DNA from: Trypanosoma brucei
Lineage: Eukaryota
DNA: 64,000 nt
NCBI GenBank assembly: GCA_000002445.1
Contig: CP000070.1
Coordinates: forward strand, 384,001-448,000
Direction of reading: 5' to 3'
Shown here: positions 34,176 to 45,044 of the stretch, one piece after another
Numbering within the stretch: position 1 is the first letter of the stretch
Layout of the letters: each line of letters starts with the position of its first letter
Notes under the pieces: generated by a model
Databases searched by the model: none
Told to the model about the DNA's origin: nothing
What the model saw: the letters and a program-made list of their open reading frames with translations, nothing else
Position numbers and translations under genes: made by a program

Positions 34176-34736
34176 ATGGCCGCTGAGGCTACTGAAAAAC
34201 CGCACCCACTGAAGGACCGTTGGTTCGTGTCTTACTTTCCTGTTGTTAAGCAGAAAAAGTTCAGCAAAGATTCGGAGGAGCAGAAAGGTGTAGAGTTGGA
34301 CTGGGTCTCGACAGCAGAGGAGCTGCACGCTACAATAAATGCTTTTTCCCCACTCACATTGCTGCCTCCTGATGATAATCTTGTCTTTGCACGCGAGAAG
34401 GTGGAACCATTCTTCGAAAACTTCCCCAATGGCATGCGTGTCAGCGTCTTCACTCGCACGAAAGTTCAAGCTACTCAGGCTGTACCGCTCGTGTTAGCGG
34501 CTGTCATGGGCGAGCACCTTCGCACGGTGACGGATGGCCCTTCCCACGCGGATGTGGTTCGCATTGCCCATAAGCCCGGCACGGTGTATCCCGAATCCCT
34601 GCGTGTGGAGGTATGGTTACGGGACCGTAGCAAAGTAGATGCGGTAACAAAATACTTCAGCGAGATGCTCGCACCGCACCCAGGTATTCGTGTGGCCGGT
34701 CGTCCCATAAATGCGGAAGGGGAGGAGGCGAAGTAG
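34176..34736 (+). CDS. EIF4E6: small divergent eIF4E-family cap-binding protein (EIF4E6-like)
   Basis: 186 aa. [12 protein letters not shown] aligns with HPLQNRWALWFF; ELHATINAF with EDFWALYNHI; [19 protein letters not shown] with GIEPMWEDEKNKRGGRWLI; and [11 protein letters not shown] with LLCLIGESF. The stacking Trp positions are substituted (W56 to S/Y, W102 to F). The size and the neighbouring SIR2rp1 fit T. brucei EIF4E6. Confidence 0.55.
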   Translation: MAAEATEKPHPLKDRWFVSYFPVVKQKKFSKDSEEQKGVELDWVSTAEELHATINAFSPLTLLPPDDNLVFAREKVEPFFENFPNGMRVSVFTRTKVQATQAVPLVLAAVMGEHLRTVTDGPSHADVVRIAHKPGTVYPESLRVEVWLRDRSKVDAVTKYFSEMLAPHPGIRVAGRPINAEGEEAK

Positions 34737-35489
34737 AAGTTTATTGGGTGAAGCACACCATACACACAACATGTAATGCTGTATCATATGTGACACTCAT
34801 ATGCAGGAAGTGAATCGTGTATGTGTGCACATGGATTCAGTGAAGGTATTACGGTGAGCTGCGATGGTGATGGCGATGTGGCGGGGCGGAAAAAAAGGGA
34901 AGGATCAATGAAGTGTGTTAGAAAGTGATGGAAACTGTATTCTGGACACAACAGACGAATTTCTGTTCGTCACATGAAAGGTGTGACCGATGTTGTTGGT
35001 GACGATCGTCTTCTTTCCAAAAAAAAAAAACAAACTCGCATGCGGCGTGAAAACGCCGCATAGCATTGGTGAAGATGGGGAGGGACTGTCAAAAGGAGTA
35101 GCCCAAGGGGACGCCCTCAGCCACTAGAAACAATGGTTGAGTTAACTTTTTATTCTTTGTTTCCCTTTCCTTCGCCGCATAAACCTTATGAGTTTGCTGC
35201 TTATAGGCGTTTAAAAGGAAACGAGTGGAGGACACGCAGAATCGGACTCGTAAACGGGGAGGCAGAACATGAATATGCTTTAGTCACTGCGATGATGCGA
35301 AGGACATTTGGGGCCGCAACGTTTGTAGTTCCACTGTTTACCCGGCTACCTGTAGTTCGTTGTAATAATTGTGACTGTGAGGAAACATCTGTCCTTCCTT
35401 TTATTTGAAGAATTGCTTAACCGTACCACTTTTTTTTTTGTTTAACCATCTAGTGTACTCTTTCATAGTTTCAGAAGGAAAGCTGTCAT

Positions 35490-36455
35490 ATGGAAGAGGA
35501 GGTAAACACAACGTCCTCCAACCTCATTGTGACGTGGAGAAGCAGACGCTGTGTGGCTCCCGTTGTAGAGGTATTGCAGAGTCGTCCACATCTACTTGAT
35601 TGCTTAACTATGTTTCCTAATGGCACGAAGGCACTGCATTCTCCCACTACATGCAAGAAAATGTTCGTCCTCTTTCCGGGGAATCCGGGCATTGTTAACT
35701 TTTATGAGCAGTTTGTAGAGCTTTTGTCCCTCAAAGATGTTGATGTGCTTGTGATGGGCTACTCTGGCCACAGTATTTGTGATCGAAATAACGGCAAGGT
35801 GTATGGCCTGCGGGACCAGATAGACAATGCAAGGGATTTTTTCGATAGTATTCAAGAGCGAGCCTTGAGTTACTATGGGAATGATATATACATTGGAGGT
35901 CATAGCATTGGAGCGTTTATTGCGGCGAAGATATTAGTTGTCTTCCCGTGTATTCGCCGCTGCTTCTCCCTCTGCGGGGTTTTGTCGAGAATACAGGAGA
36001 CACCTAATGGCCGACATATGTTTTTCGTTGGTGGCAATGTAATATTTTACTATGTTTTCGTCTATCTGGTAGTGGCGGTGCTCGTGCTACTGCCGAGGTT
36101 TGTTTCTTCTTGGTTTATTCGACGCCAAGCTCCAACGCTTAGCCCGGTGTTGGTATCGCAGTTTATTGAACACTATAACACGGGGGCCCTTAGGAATTGT
36201 TTTAGCATGTGTCGGGAAGAGTTTCAGGTTGTGAGAGAGCCGGACCAACAGTTTCTTGGGTTAGTGGGGAAGCGCATGGTGTTTTACTGCGTTCAGGATG
36301 ATGGATGGGCACCACTATCGCATGTGCAGGAAGCGAAGGAGTTGTGCGGGGATTGTGCCGGGTTTGTTGTGGAAAGTGATCCGAGTGTCATTCACGCCTG
36401 GTGTCTTTCAAACAACGAAACTGTCATAGAGAAAGGTATTTTACCGTTCATGTGA
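35490..36455 (+). CDS. alpha/beta-hydrolase of the lipid-droplet-associated hydrolase (LDAH/UPF0554) family
   Basis: LFPGNPGIVNFYEQFVELLS near the N-terminus and the GHSIG nucleophile elbow (IGGHSIGAFIAAK). A C-terminal HAW histidine is present. ATG start. Confidence 0.55.
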   Translation: MEEEVNTTSSNLIVTWRSRRCVAPVVEVLQSRPHLLDCLTMFPNGTKALHSPTTCKKMFVLFPGNPGIVNFYEQFVELLSLKDVDVLVMGYSGHSICDRNNGKVYGLRDQIDNARDFFDSIQERALSYYGNDIYIGGHSIGAFIAAKILVVFPCIRRCFSLCGVLSRIQETPNGRHMFFVGGNVIFYYVFVYLVVAVLVLLPRFVSSWFIRRQAPTLSPVLVSQFIEHYNTGALRNCFSMCREEFQVVREPDQQFLGLVGKRMVFYCVQDDGWAPLSHVQEAKELCGDCAGFVVESDPSVIHAWCLSNNETVIEKGILPFM

Positions 36456-37538
36456 GGTACTGTTGGCATCGGTGTAATGTTTACAGTTAGTTAGTTAGAT
36501 GAGCCTAAAATCTGCTTAGACGACCATTTAAATGCGGTTGACTGAAAAATCAGAGGGATAAGCATCTTTGCGATGCGTTGAGTGCCGTTCACTTTTCACT
36601 ATTTCAAGTAACGAAAGGGTTTGAAGGGTACCACTGATGCTCAGAAAGCTTCGCTTTCCCTCCCTTCTCTCGTGTTTCTTCAGGACGGATATTTATTTTG
36701 ATATTTGTTGCGACCGCGATGTGAGAACCACTTGTTGGTTAGTACTTTCGTTAAATACTTCTCAGTATATATTTTTCTAGTCTATAGGACCTTTTGTTGT
36801 TGTTGATTGTTTCTTCTTTGCGTTGGCTGATGAAGCAATAAAAGAAGGAAGAAGAGAAGGTATTCATGATATTCATCTTTATATTGTCCATTCGTTCACC
36901 CTCTTTGCTTTCTGGTCTGGTTTTGTTTCCCTCCTTTCTTCATTTCACTCAATAGTTTCACGCAGTCCGCTGCTTATAATGTGTTCATGGATTCACGTAA
37001 GTGACCAAACGAGCAGGCATGCCTTTCGAGTGCGGAGTTTAGCAGCCTGTTAGAATAAATTAATGAAAACTCAACGGCTGGGTGACATCAAAGCTGAAGA
37101 GGTGCCTACGTTTGTGCTTGTGCGAGTGGCGAATTAGTAGTTTTGACGTTACCACCACCACACCTCTATTTTACTGGCACGCTTTCTTCCTTTCGACGGA
37201 TGCAAGAAAAGTATATGCGTGTGCACAGCTCCATGTATATACGTCTCGTGAATCATTCTGTTGGTTGCACCAGTCCCCCAAGCTTCGTCAATTTTCTACC
37301 CGCTTACACCCTCATTCATTGCTCTGTTCCATGTTTTACGCAGCATTTTACCGGCAAGCTGGGTGGCTTTTTGAAACTAGTAAAATCACAGTGGAGAGGC
37401 AGAGAGGAGAGGGTATTTTCTCTGTGTTTCAGGAGCACAAAAGCGGAAGGCAGGAGGAGGAGGGTTTGGAGAAAGGGTGGAAGACACTTGAAGAAAATAT
37501 ATATATATATATAACCAACTAGTATAGGGAAACGTGAA

Positions 37539-38594
37539 ATGACAGAACCGAAGTTAGCAACCACGCACGTAGTGGGTGAACCCACCTTCGAAGGACTGGC
37601 ACGTTTCATTGAGCGAAACAACATCACCAAAATATTTGTTATGGTGGGCGCAGGGATAAGCGTTGCAGCTGGAATCCCCGACTTCCGCTCTCCCCACACC
37701 GGCTTGTACGCTAAACTCAGTCGCTACAATCTCAACTCACCGGAGGACGCCTTCTCACTCCCTCTCTTGCGTCAACAACCAAGTGTGTTTTACAACATTC
37801 TGATGGATATGGACCTCTGGCCCGGGAAGTATTGTCCTACGACGGTTCACCACTTTATCAGTCTACTCGCCAAGAAGGGCATGTTATTATGCTGTTGTAC
37901 GCAGAACATAGACGGGTTGGAACGCGCCTGCGGAATTCCAGAGTCTTTACTAGTTGAAGCCCATGGTTCCTTCTCTTCCGCATCATGTGTTGACTGTCAC
38001 GCGAAATATGACATCAACATGGCGAGGGCGGAGACAAGGGCTGGAAAAGTGCCTCATTGCAATCAATGTGGTGGTATAGTGAAACCCGACGTGGTTTTCT
38101 TTGGCGAGAATCTCCCGGAGGCGTTTTTTAACGTAGCGGGACTCATTGAGGAAACGGAATTGCTGCTTATTTTGGGAACCTCACTTCAAGTCCACCCATT
38201 TGCCGACCTTGCGCTCATGGTGCCCTCTGACGTGCCACGAGTGTTGTTTAACTTGGAGCGCGTGGGCGGGAGGATGTTCCGCTTTCCTACGGACCGAACA
38301 CCCAATTTCCGCGCCAGTTCCTATCGTCTCAGCACTGGAAATGGCAATGGCAGTAAAATTAGCAGTGGGGACAGCAGCAACAGCAGCAGCGTCGACGGGT
38401 ATGACCAGTTTACGCTCGCAGAGAATGACGAGACGGGCGTGTTGCGTGACATTTTCTTTCCTGGTGACTGTCAGGTGTCTGTTCGTTCCTTTGCCCAGGC
38501 GTTGGGCTTCGGAGAGCAGCTTGACGCCTCTGTACGTGAGGGAAGGGAAATATTTGAGCGCACTCGGCGTAGGGAAAAAGTCGTTGAGGGTTAA
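37539..38594 (+). CDS. SIR2rp1: NAD-dependent protein deacetylase/ADP-ribosyltransferase, sirtuin family (SIR2-related protein 1)
   Basis: GAGISVAAGIPDFRSPHTGLYAKL, QNIDGLE, HGSF, and the Zn ribbon CVDCH...CNQCGG. 351 aa, matching the size recalled for TbSIR2rp1. Confidence 0.8.
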   Translation: MTEPKLATTHVVGEPTFEGLARFIERNNITKIFVMVGAGISVAAGIPDFRSPHTGLYAKLSRYNLNSPEDAFSLPLLRQQPSVFYNILMDMDLWPGKYCPTTVHHFISLLAKKGMLLCCCTQNIDGLERACGIPESLLVEAHGSFSSASCVDCHAKYDINMARAETRAGKVPHCNQCGGIVKPDVVFFGENLPEAFFNVAGLIEETELLLILGTSLQVHPFADLALMVPSDVPRVLFNLERVGGRMFRFPTDRTPNFRASSYRLSTGNGNGSKISSGDSSNSSSVDGYDQFTLAENDETGVLRDIFFPGDCQVSVRSFAQALGFGEQLDASVREGREIFERTRRREKVVEG

Positions 38595-38844
38595 CACGCT
38601 TGTAGACACTTGAAAACTGTATGAGTGGGGCCGTGTTTTCATACGTTTTCGTCTGTGGTGCGTGTGGTTACAGCACAATGTGATTCATGTATATGTGCGC
38701 GTGTCCGTTGAAACTGCCTGTAATGCTTAAATTTTATTTTCTTTCCTACATTTGCTGGAAAGTGGTTGCGTTTATTTTCAGTTCTTTTATGGCACCGGAT
38801 GCTTTGGGGTAATGTACGTCGCCCCGCGTTCATGTTTCACATCA

Positions 38845-38880
38845 TTCTCTCTCTCTCTCTCTTTGCTTCGTTGGGTGCAG
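38845..38880 (+). promoter_or_regulatory. (TC)n polypyrimidine tract plus AG acceptor upstream of the FAM20-like gene
   Basis: ttctctctctctctctctttgcttcgttgggtgcag followed 15 nt later by ATG 38896. Confidence 0.4.
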
Positions 38881-38895
38881 CCGTCGTTAGCTGTC

Positions 38896-40746
38896 ATGTG
38901 CCTTTGGCAACTTGCATTGCTGCCGTTTTGTATTGCGTTGCGTACTTCTCTTTTCCTTTTTGGGACTTCTGAGGCAAGCATTGCGCACATTGAAAGGGCG
39001 GAAAACAGTTCAAGTACTAGAAACATATCTATTCCAGGAACAACCTCCCCCCTCTTTTTCAGAAGGAGTGGAAAGGAAAGACAGTACATGAGGTACAGTG
39101 TTGTCAGAACGCGGCCGTCTCGCAGCCGCAGGCTGCGTCACTGTGTGCTAATTTCATTTCTAGCATTATTACTGATGATGCTTTCTTTGTCTATATCGTT
39201 CTACAACACCCGGAGAAGTGTCGACAGTCTAAAGATGAAACTGCGAGAAGATGCGGCAGGGAACCCACTACTGCGGGAGGGTGCCGCACAAACCGCTTGG
39301 AGCTTGTTGAACACAGAAAATGGTTCTTTATGGGGTTACGTTGGCGGTATTGACAGCCTTATAGAAAAAAGAGTTGACCGGGCGTACTGGGGACCAACCA
39401 TGTTCCGGAGCAACGAAGGAACCGTGAATGAATCCACGGTTACAAATGTTGTGTCTGAGCGGTTCCGCAACTTAAACATGAGCGAGGCTGAGATGAAGCG
39501 TAGGTACAAACGACATCAGCTGGTGAAGGAGGTCACAGGCTGTGATTCACTATCCGTACCGTTTAACCCTCTGCATGACAGCCGCTGTATTAACTTCATG
39601 ACCAACTCTTCTAATTGGTTGGATGTAGTTCCTATTGGACAAAATGTTGATCAACGTACCATCAAATTCAGGCTATTATTTAAGCCGCTACGTATAAATG
39701 CAAGCTATAGTGTCGAGTATCCCCTCGAAACTTTTGTTAAGGTACCACAGAAATACTTCGTGCTTGAGGCAGCAAGCGAGGTGGTTGCGTTCAATGTTGA
39801 CCGTCTTCTTCTTGTCAATCGCGTGCCGCCTACGGGGCTGGGTTGTCTCCCGCTTAACACGCTAAGAGGGTCTGTCAACAAGTATAAACATAATACGTCA
39901 ACGTTTAAAAAGTTTCTCCAGGATTCGAAAGCCGAAAATTACGAGCAGTGGATCGAAAAGGACCTCTTTCATTTCCTACGGCGGGCGAAGCATCATCTTC
40001 GCAAAAACGGTAACAACCAAACGTGTGTTCTGGTCTCCATCCAACTGAAGATTGCTGATGTGGTGCACTTTCTCGAAACGCCGATGCGAATCCCCTACCG
40101 TGTTTTTAGCGACACGTGGTTCGACTATTTCGACCTTAGGGCTAATGTAGGCGAGTTGGAGGATGGTTTGCCAACATTTGCACATGAACGTCACTACCCG
40201 GGTGTCCTTCACCTCGCAGCACTTGCGATGTTTGACTATGTCATAGGCAATATGGACCGATCACCTTTCAAGAATAACTTTGTGGTGGGCGGAGTGGCCA
40301 ACCAACTGGTTTCGGATAATACGACTCTTCTTCACCCAAACCACCCAACGTTTGTATATTTGGATCATGGTTCCTCATTTCGACTGCGACGACCCGAGCG
40401 AAACCCTATAGCGAAGTCTCATATTGGCTTTGAAAATGGAAAAGAGGACACTTTTTGTCTTTTCCGCGGTCCATTGCTGCGGCGTATTCAAGAACTTACC
40501 GGACCATCGGGAGAAGTTACACACGGAAATAAAGCGAAGGAAGAAGCCTATGGTGCCGCACACAATCATAGAAGTACGGAGACTTTGTTCACCCATATGT
40601 TAAGGGAGAGAGTTCCACCGGAGGTGTATTCCGTTATTGATAGCAGTAACTTGGATTTGGTTGTGGTTCGTATGAAAGAGCTGCTTGCCATGGCAGGGCG
40701 CTGTCTTTCCGATGAGCGTATACGCCGAACTGTACTATTTCCGTAA
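38896..40746 (+). CDS. FAM20-like secretory-pathway (Golgi) kinase candidate with an N-terminal signal/anchor
   Basis: ERHYPGVLHLAALAMFDYVIGNMDRSPFKNNF resembles the FAM20 D(F/L)LIGNMDRHHYE catalytic segment, and FVYLDHGSSF resembles the FAM20 LDNGRGF (DFG-equivalent). Hydrophobic N-terminal segments are present. The tracked ORF start 38752 is TTG. ATG 38896 follows a (TC)n tract and AG; ATG 39088 (MRYSVV..., type-II anchor) is an alternative. Confidence 0.5.
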   Translation: MCLWQLALLPFCIALRTSLFLFGTSEASIAHIERAENSSSTRNISIPGTTSPLFFRRSGKERQYMRYSVVRTRPSRSRRLRHCVLISFLALLLMMLSLSISFYNTRRSVDSLKMKLREDAAGNPLLREGAAQTAWSLLNTENGSLWGYVGGIDSLIEKRVDRAYWGPTMFRSNEGTVNESTVTNVVSERFRNLNMSEAEMKRRYKRHQLVKEVTGCDSLSVPFNPLHDSRCINFMTNSSNWLDVVPIGQNVDQRTIKFRLLFKPLRINASYSVEYPLETFVKVPQKYFVLEAASEVVAFNVDRLLLVNRVPPTGLGCLPLNTLRGSVNKYKHNTSTFKKFLQDSKAENYEQWIEKDLFHFLRRAKHHLRKNGNNQTCVLVSIQLKIADVVHFLETPMRIPYRVFSDTWFDYFDLRANVGELEDGLPTFAHERHYPGVLHLAALAMFDYVIGNMDRSPFKNNFVVGGVANQLVSDNTTLLHPNHPTFVYLDHGSSFRLRRPERNPIAKSHIGFENGKEDTFCLFRGPLLRRIQELTGPSGEVTHGNKAKEEAYGAAHNHRSTETLFTHMLRERVPPEVYSVIDSSNLDLVVVRMKELLAMAGRCLSDERIRRTVLFP

Positions 40747-40750
40747 ATTT

Positions 40751-40794
40751 TATTATTATTATTGTTGTTGTTGCTGTTGTTGTTTTAGTATATT
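40751..40794. repeat. (TTA)n/(TTG)n trinucleotide microsatellite
   Basis: ttattattattattgttgttgttgctgttgttgtttt immediately after the stop of the FAM20-like gene. Confidence 0.8.
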
Positions 40795-41260
40795 CACTCG
40801 CACGCTGCTATTTTTTATTACTTATTCCATCTCTGGCTTTTTCCAAGTGTACATGTGTTTTTCCATTGTAATGGCACGTCGCGTGTTACTCACATATGCT
40901 CTGAAAACCAATTTAAAGTTGAGTTTCTTTTATTTTTTATTTTTTAAATTGTTCTGCCTACTAGCGTCATTCCCTCCATACATGTGTGTGTATATGTATT
41001 TCGTTTTTCCCACGTTGTTTCCCACTCTTGCGTTTGAGAGAACCACTGGTAACTTCAAATATGTAACGGATTACGTTTCCCCCCTCCAAAAAAAAAAAAT
41101 AATAATAATAATAATCGCGTACGTTAGTTCCTGCAATTGTTTACATGTGTTTACTTAATGAAGTACCACTGTACATGCGTGGGATTCTCTATATACTTTC
41201 CTGCGCGTGTGCGCAAATTTATACTGACGAACTCGATAACGTTTTCTCTTAGAAGTTTAA

Positions 41261-41292
41261 GTGAGTGTGAGTGTGTGTGTGTGTGTGTGTGT
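41261..41292. repeat. (GT)n / (GTGA) microsatellite
   Basis: gtgagtgtgagtgtgtgtgtgtgtgtgtgtgtgtc. Confidence 0.85.
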
Positions 41293-41708
41293 CTGCAAGG
41301 ATAAAAGAAGGTGTAGGGTGGAAACAAAAAGGAACAGCTAAAAAAAGAAAAGGTGAATAATGCATAGAGTGAGACGAGGGGTGTCGGAGGAATCGCTAAG
41401 CTGGGTCCCTGCCACACGTTTCCTATATAACATTTATTTCACTGATACCGACTTTCCCCCTTACTCAGACTACATATGTCTGTTTTTTGTGTGCGTTTTC
41501 TATTTATTTATTTCCCCCTCTCTTTCCATTACAGCTTTACGGGTGAAGCACAAAAGAATAAGACGGGGATTTGCGTCACCGTCCAATTTTATTTATTTAT
41601 TTTTTTTGCCTTTCCGGTGATGCACCTCTAACGTATTTACCTTTTTTTTTCTTTTACTTTGTTTTGCTTCTTCCACTATTTCTCGTTAAAATCATCTCTT
41701 TCAGGGAG

Positions 41709-42926
41709 ATGCGCTTGTTGAAAAAGTCGGTGACAGCAGAAGGTGCTGTGGAGGTAAAGTTGCAAGTAAGTACCAGTGAAGATTTGTGGCATTTATATAA
41801 TTTGGTGCTTCCAGGAGACCAGGTACGCACGAACACAAGACGAAAGGTTGTGAAGGAAACTTCTATAGGATCACAGGCTGCGGAGGTGCGAACAATTACA
41901 TTACAGTTACAGGTACGCAACACAGAGTTCTCTCCTGATGAGCTACGCGTTCAGGGAGTTAACGTTAAGGAGAATGAATGCGTAAAGTTGGGTGCACATC
42001 ACACACTTTCAGTACACGCATTTCCACCGCAGGATGTTGTGATTTTGAAGGATGAGTGGAATGATGTATTCGCTGCACGTCTGAAGGAAGCGTGCGATAA
42101 TGAGTCGCGAGCAGACACAGTGGCAGTTTTGATGGACAGTGGTACTGCATCCGTTCTCCTGGTAACTCCTTCCTTCATGTACACAAAAGCAAAGATTGAG
42201 GTGTCCATAGCCAAGAAACATAAGAACGATGGAACCGCACGGGATAGGAGCATTCAGCGGTTCTTCAAACAAGTGTTGGACGCCCTCTGCATGCACGTAG
42301 ACTTTGATAAGGCTAAGTTGATCCTTATTTGCTCTCCGGCGCATGTGCGGGAGGAATTCAAAGCGTATGTAGAAGCCGCAATGGCTCATTCTGAGGCTAT
42401 GGCTATGCGCAACCTCCGCAAAAACTTTTCTAAGATAGTGTTAATAAAGGTGAGAGACAATACGAACGACGCCCTTCGTGAGGCGTTCGCGGATCCTAAC
42501 ATTGCAAATCAGATGGAATCTACACGATGCCGTGACGAGATAAAAGTGTGGCAGGACTTTCAGAAGACGATGGATGAGGATCCAGACCGCTGCGTATATA
42601 CGCCACAAATGGTTTACAGAGCGGCGATGTTAGGGGCTGTGGGAAAACTTATGGTGAGTGACGTTGTGTTTCGCTCTGAAGACCCCACAGTGCGTCGCTT
42701 TTACCTTTCACTCATTCGTTTTGTGCGGCAGGGCGGTGGTGGTGTTAGTGTTTTTTCTAGTAACCACGTCACTGGCGAGCAGTTAACGCAGTTGGGGTTT
42801 GTTGCAGCTATTCTTCATTTCCCCTGTGATGAACTTGATGATCTGGAGGTGGTGGAAAATTTTATCGACAGCGAGGAAGCCGCAACCTTCATTCGGGAAA
42901 ATGCTGCGGCAAGTGTAGTTGTGTAA
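41709..42926 (+). CDS. Pelota/Dom34 ribosome-rescue factor (eRF1-like)
   Basis: MRLLKKSVTAEGAVEVKLQVSTSEDLWHLYNLVLPGDQVRTNTRRKV aligns with the Pelota N-terminus MKLVRKDIEKDNAGQVTLVPEEPEDMWHTYNLVQVGDSLRASTIRKV. About 405 aa. The upstream part of tracked ORF 41571 is a T-rich UTR. Confidence 0.8.
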   Translation: MRLLKKSVTAEGAVEVKLQVSTSEDLWHLYNLVLPGDQVRTNTRRKVVKETSIGSQAAEVRTITLQLQVRNTEFSPDELRVQGVNVKENECVKLGAHHTLSVHAFPPQDVVILKDEWNDVFAARLKEACDNESRADTVAVLMDSGTASVLLVTPSFMYTKAKIEVSIAKKHKNDGTARDRSIQRFFKQVLDALCMHVDFDKAKLILICSPAHVREEFKAYVEAAMAHSEAMAMRNLRKNFSKIVLIKVRDNTNDALREAFADPNIANQMESTRCRDEIKVWQDFQKTMDEDPDRCVYTPQMVYRAAMLGAVGKLMVSDVVFRSEDPTVRRFYLSLIRFVRQGGGGVSVFSSNHVTGEQLTQLGFVAAILHFPCDELDDLEVVENFIDSEEAATFIRENAAASVVV

Positions 42927-43229
42927 CTGTGGGTTTTGCCCCTTTCCGATATGCGTGACGATAAAACCGATAATCTGGGGATGTACCCTCGCCAACCATT
43001 TTGTGCGTTGGGGCGTGCGGGGGGAGAGGGCCCGCAGTGCGGGTGTTTCATCAAAGGTGTTACTAATTTGAAGGTGCCGCTACTTCCTTCGGTGACGCAC
43101 TATTATTCCGTACTCTGCTCTATCTTTCGCTTTTTTAAAAAAATCTTTTGTAGCTTTGCTGCTCCCTCCTCCCCCCTCTCTGTAGCTCTTACTGCTTAAT
43201 TCTCTTCCTTTGTTGTTTCGCCAAAGGAG

Positions 43230-44072
43230 ATGATAAAGTTCACTCTGCGGTACTTCGCAGTAAGTAGCTCGACATTTTATCGGCTTCCTCGTCGAATGAG
43301 TACGCCAACTACGCGTTGGGCGGCGTTCTGCGCGTTGTATTCCCATCGTGAACTTCTGCTTTGTACGATCTGTCGAGGTGTTTGCTCCGGGAAATCAAGC
43401 CAGCGCTCTATTGTGGTTGAGAAGAATGAAACTCCTAACCCTGATTGCCTTCGGTTCTACTCGATGGAGCTGTCATTCCTTCCTCCTGGTCGGTCTTTAG
43501 ACCTTCCAGATGCTCAGCACGCCGGCAAATCGCCATTAGCTGAGTTGCTGTTCAGCATCAGCGGAGTACAGTCGGTTTTCCTTGCGGATGAATATATCAC
43601 TGTAGGCAAAGTTCCCCATGTGGATTGGGGTTCCCTCGTACCGCAGATACAAGAGTGTATCGTTGAGTTTGCCGAGAGCGGCGTGGGTGTTCTCTCCGAG
43701 GAGGGAGAGGCATGTTTTGTCGACAACAATAACGATACTGATCCAGAGGATGATGATGATGAGGTAGTGCTTGCAGTGAAGGAGTTGCTCTCTGCTCGTA
43801 TACGGCCGCTTCTTCGAGCAGACGGGGGTAATGTTCGTTACATTAGCATGGATGACGGAACAGTTTTCGTGCTGCTGGAGGGCGCATGCAAGTCCTGTCC
43901 ATCATCTGGAGTTACGCTCAAGAATGGAATTGAGCGCATGCTCATGCACTGGATACCTGAGGTAGTTGAGGTGCAAGAGTGCACAGATGAGATGGCGAGT
44001 GATTTACTGGCGGAAAAGGAACTTCGAAGGAAATTGAAGAAGGATGAGGTGAGCGCCTCACAATCAAACTAG
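43230..44072 (+). CDS. NFU-type iron-sulfur cluster scaffold protein (HIRIP5/Nfu1-like), mitochondrial
   Basis: The C-terminal NifU domain has the CxxC motif (LLEGACKSCPSSGVTLKNGIERML). An N-terminal Nfu_N-like region is present (LFSISGVQSVFLADEYITV). The N-terminus is presequence-like. Confidence 0.7.
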   Translation: MIKFTLRYFAVSSSTFYRLPRRMSTPTTRWAAFCALYSHRELLLCTICRGVCSGKSSQRSIVVEKNETPNPDCLRFYSMELSFLPPGRSLDLPDAQHAGKSPLAELLFSISGVQSVFLADEYITVGKVPHVDWGSLVPQIQECIVEFAESGVGVLSEEGEACFVDNNNDTDPEDDDDEVVLAVKELLSARIRPLLRADGGNVRYISMDDGTVFVLLEGACKSCPSSGVTLKNGIERMLMHWIPEVVEVQECTDEMASDLLAEKELRRKLKKDEVSASQSN

Positions 44073-44095
44073 GACGCATCCCATTCCCCGTGTTT

Positions 44096-44110
44096 GGGGG
44101 GGGGGGGGGG
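44096..44110. repeat. poly(G) homopolymer, about 15-16 nt, followed by cggcggcg
   Basis: tttggggggggggggggggggggcggcggcgct in the 3' flank of the NFU gene. Confidence 0.85.
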
Positions 44111-45044
44111 CGGCGGCGCTGACGACGGTGCGTGTCTGTTTGTTGGTGTTGTTGTTGTTTGACGTATGCGACAAACGAATAACTGCAATAATCGTTTGTT
44201 TGTCAAGGATTCTGTCTGGTTCAAAATTACAAGGTCTTGGGCAACACGGTATATCAGTGGCTGATCAGCTGCGGCGCGGGGGTCCTCGTCATGTTGTTGT
44301 ATCCCCTGTTTCCTAGTTAACAGCCATCGTTGCTCACTTCACGTATCGTTTGCTGTAATTTCCAACCGGGGAGGAGTGTGTGGTGTTCCGTTAGTGGTGG
44401 TGGTCGATTTACCGGTGACTTTACCCAAACCGCTTCACATTTCGGCGTTTAGTCGGTTACGGGAAAACGTTACAGGATTTAGTGCTGTAAGATGAAGCAT
44501 CAGGGTCCTCAAGGATCCTGTAGGCACAGTCGTGATGGGCTTGCTGACCGTGTCTGTTTCGACACTGCTAAACGGCTGCCCTTACTGGGTCATTACCATG
44601 ACGTATTCCTTTTACTTGTTACAGATATATATCGTCTCAGTGAGGCTGTCACGGGGTTGTTAGTTGTAATGAGCAAGGCTTTGCGTTGGTTGATTTTTTT
44701 AGTGAGGAGTACGTGGCTTTATATATATATCTTTCATTCAGGTGATGCTTTGTCATCCTGCTTTCATCGCCAACGTTCGGTTCCTCTTTCTTTCCTTCAC
44801 TATTTTTACGCCTTGTTTCACCAGTCATACCACTTACGCATAGTTGTATTTCTCCCCAACATTATTCCCTTTCCCCCTGCTGTTACCTGTTCATCGACGA
44901 AACAGATTTCCTCCGTCTTTTTTTCCCCCTTACATGGAGGCTTTTACCGCTTTCAAGGCTGTTTTGGATCGTATTTGTTATTTGTACTGCTTTTTCCCTA
45001 TTCAATTTACTCCACTGTAGCACAGCGCGGTCCATTGATCACAT

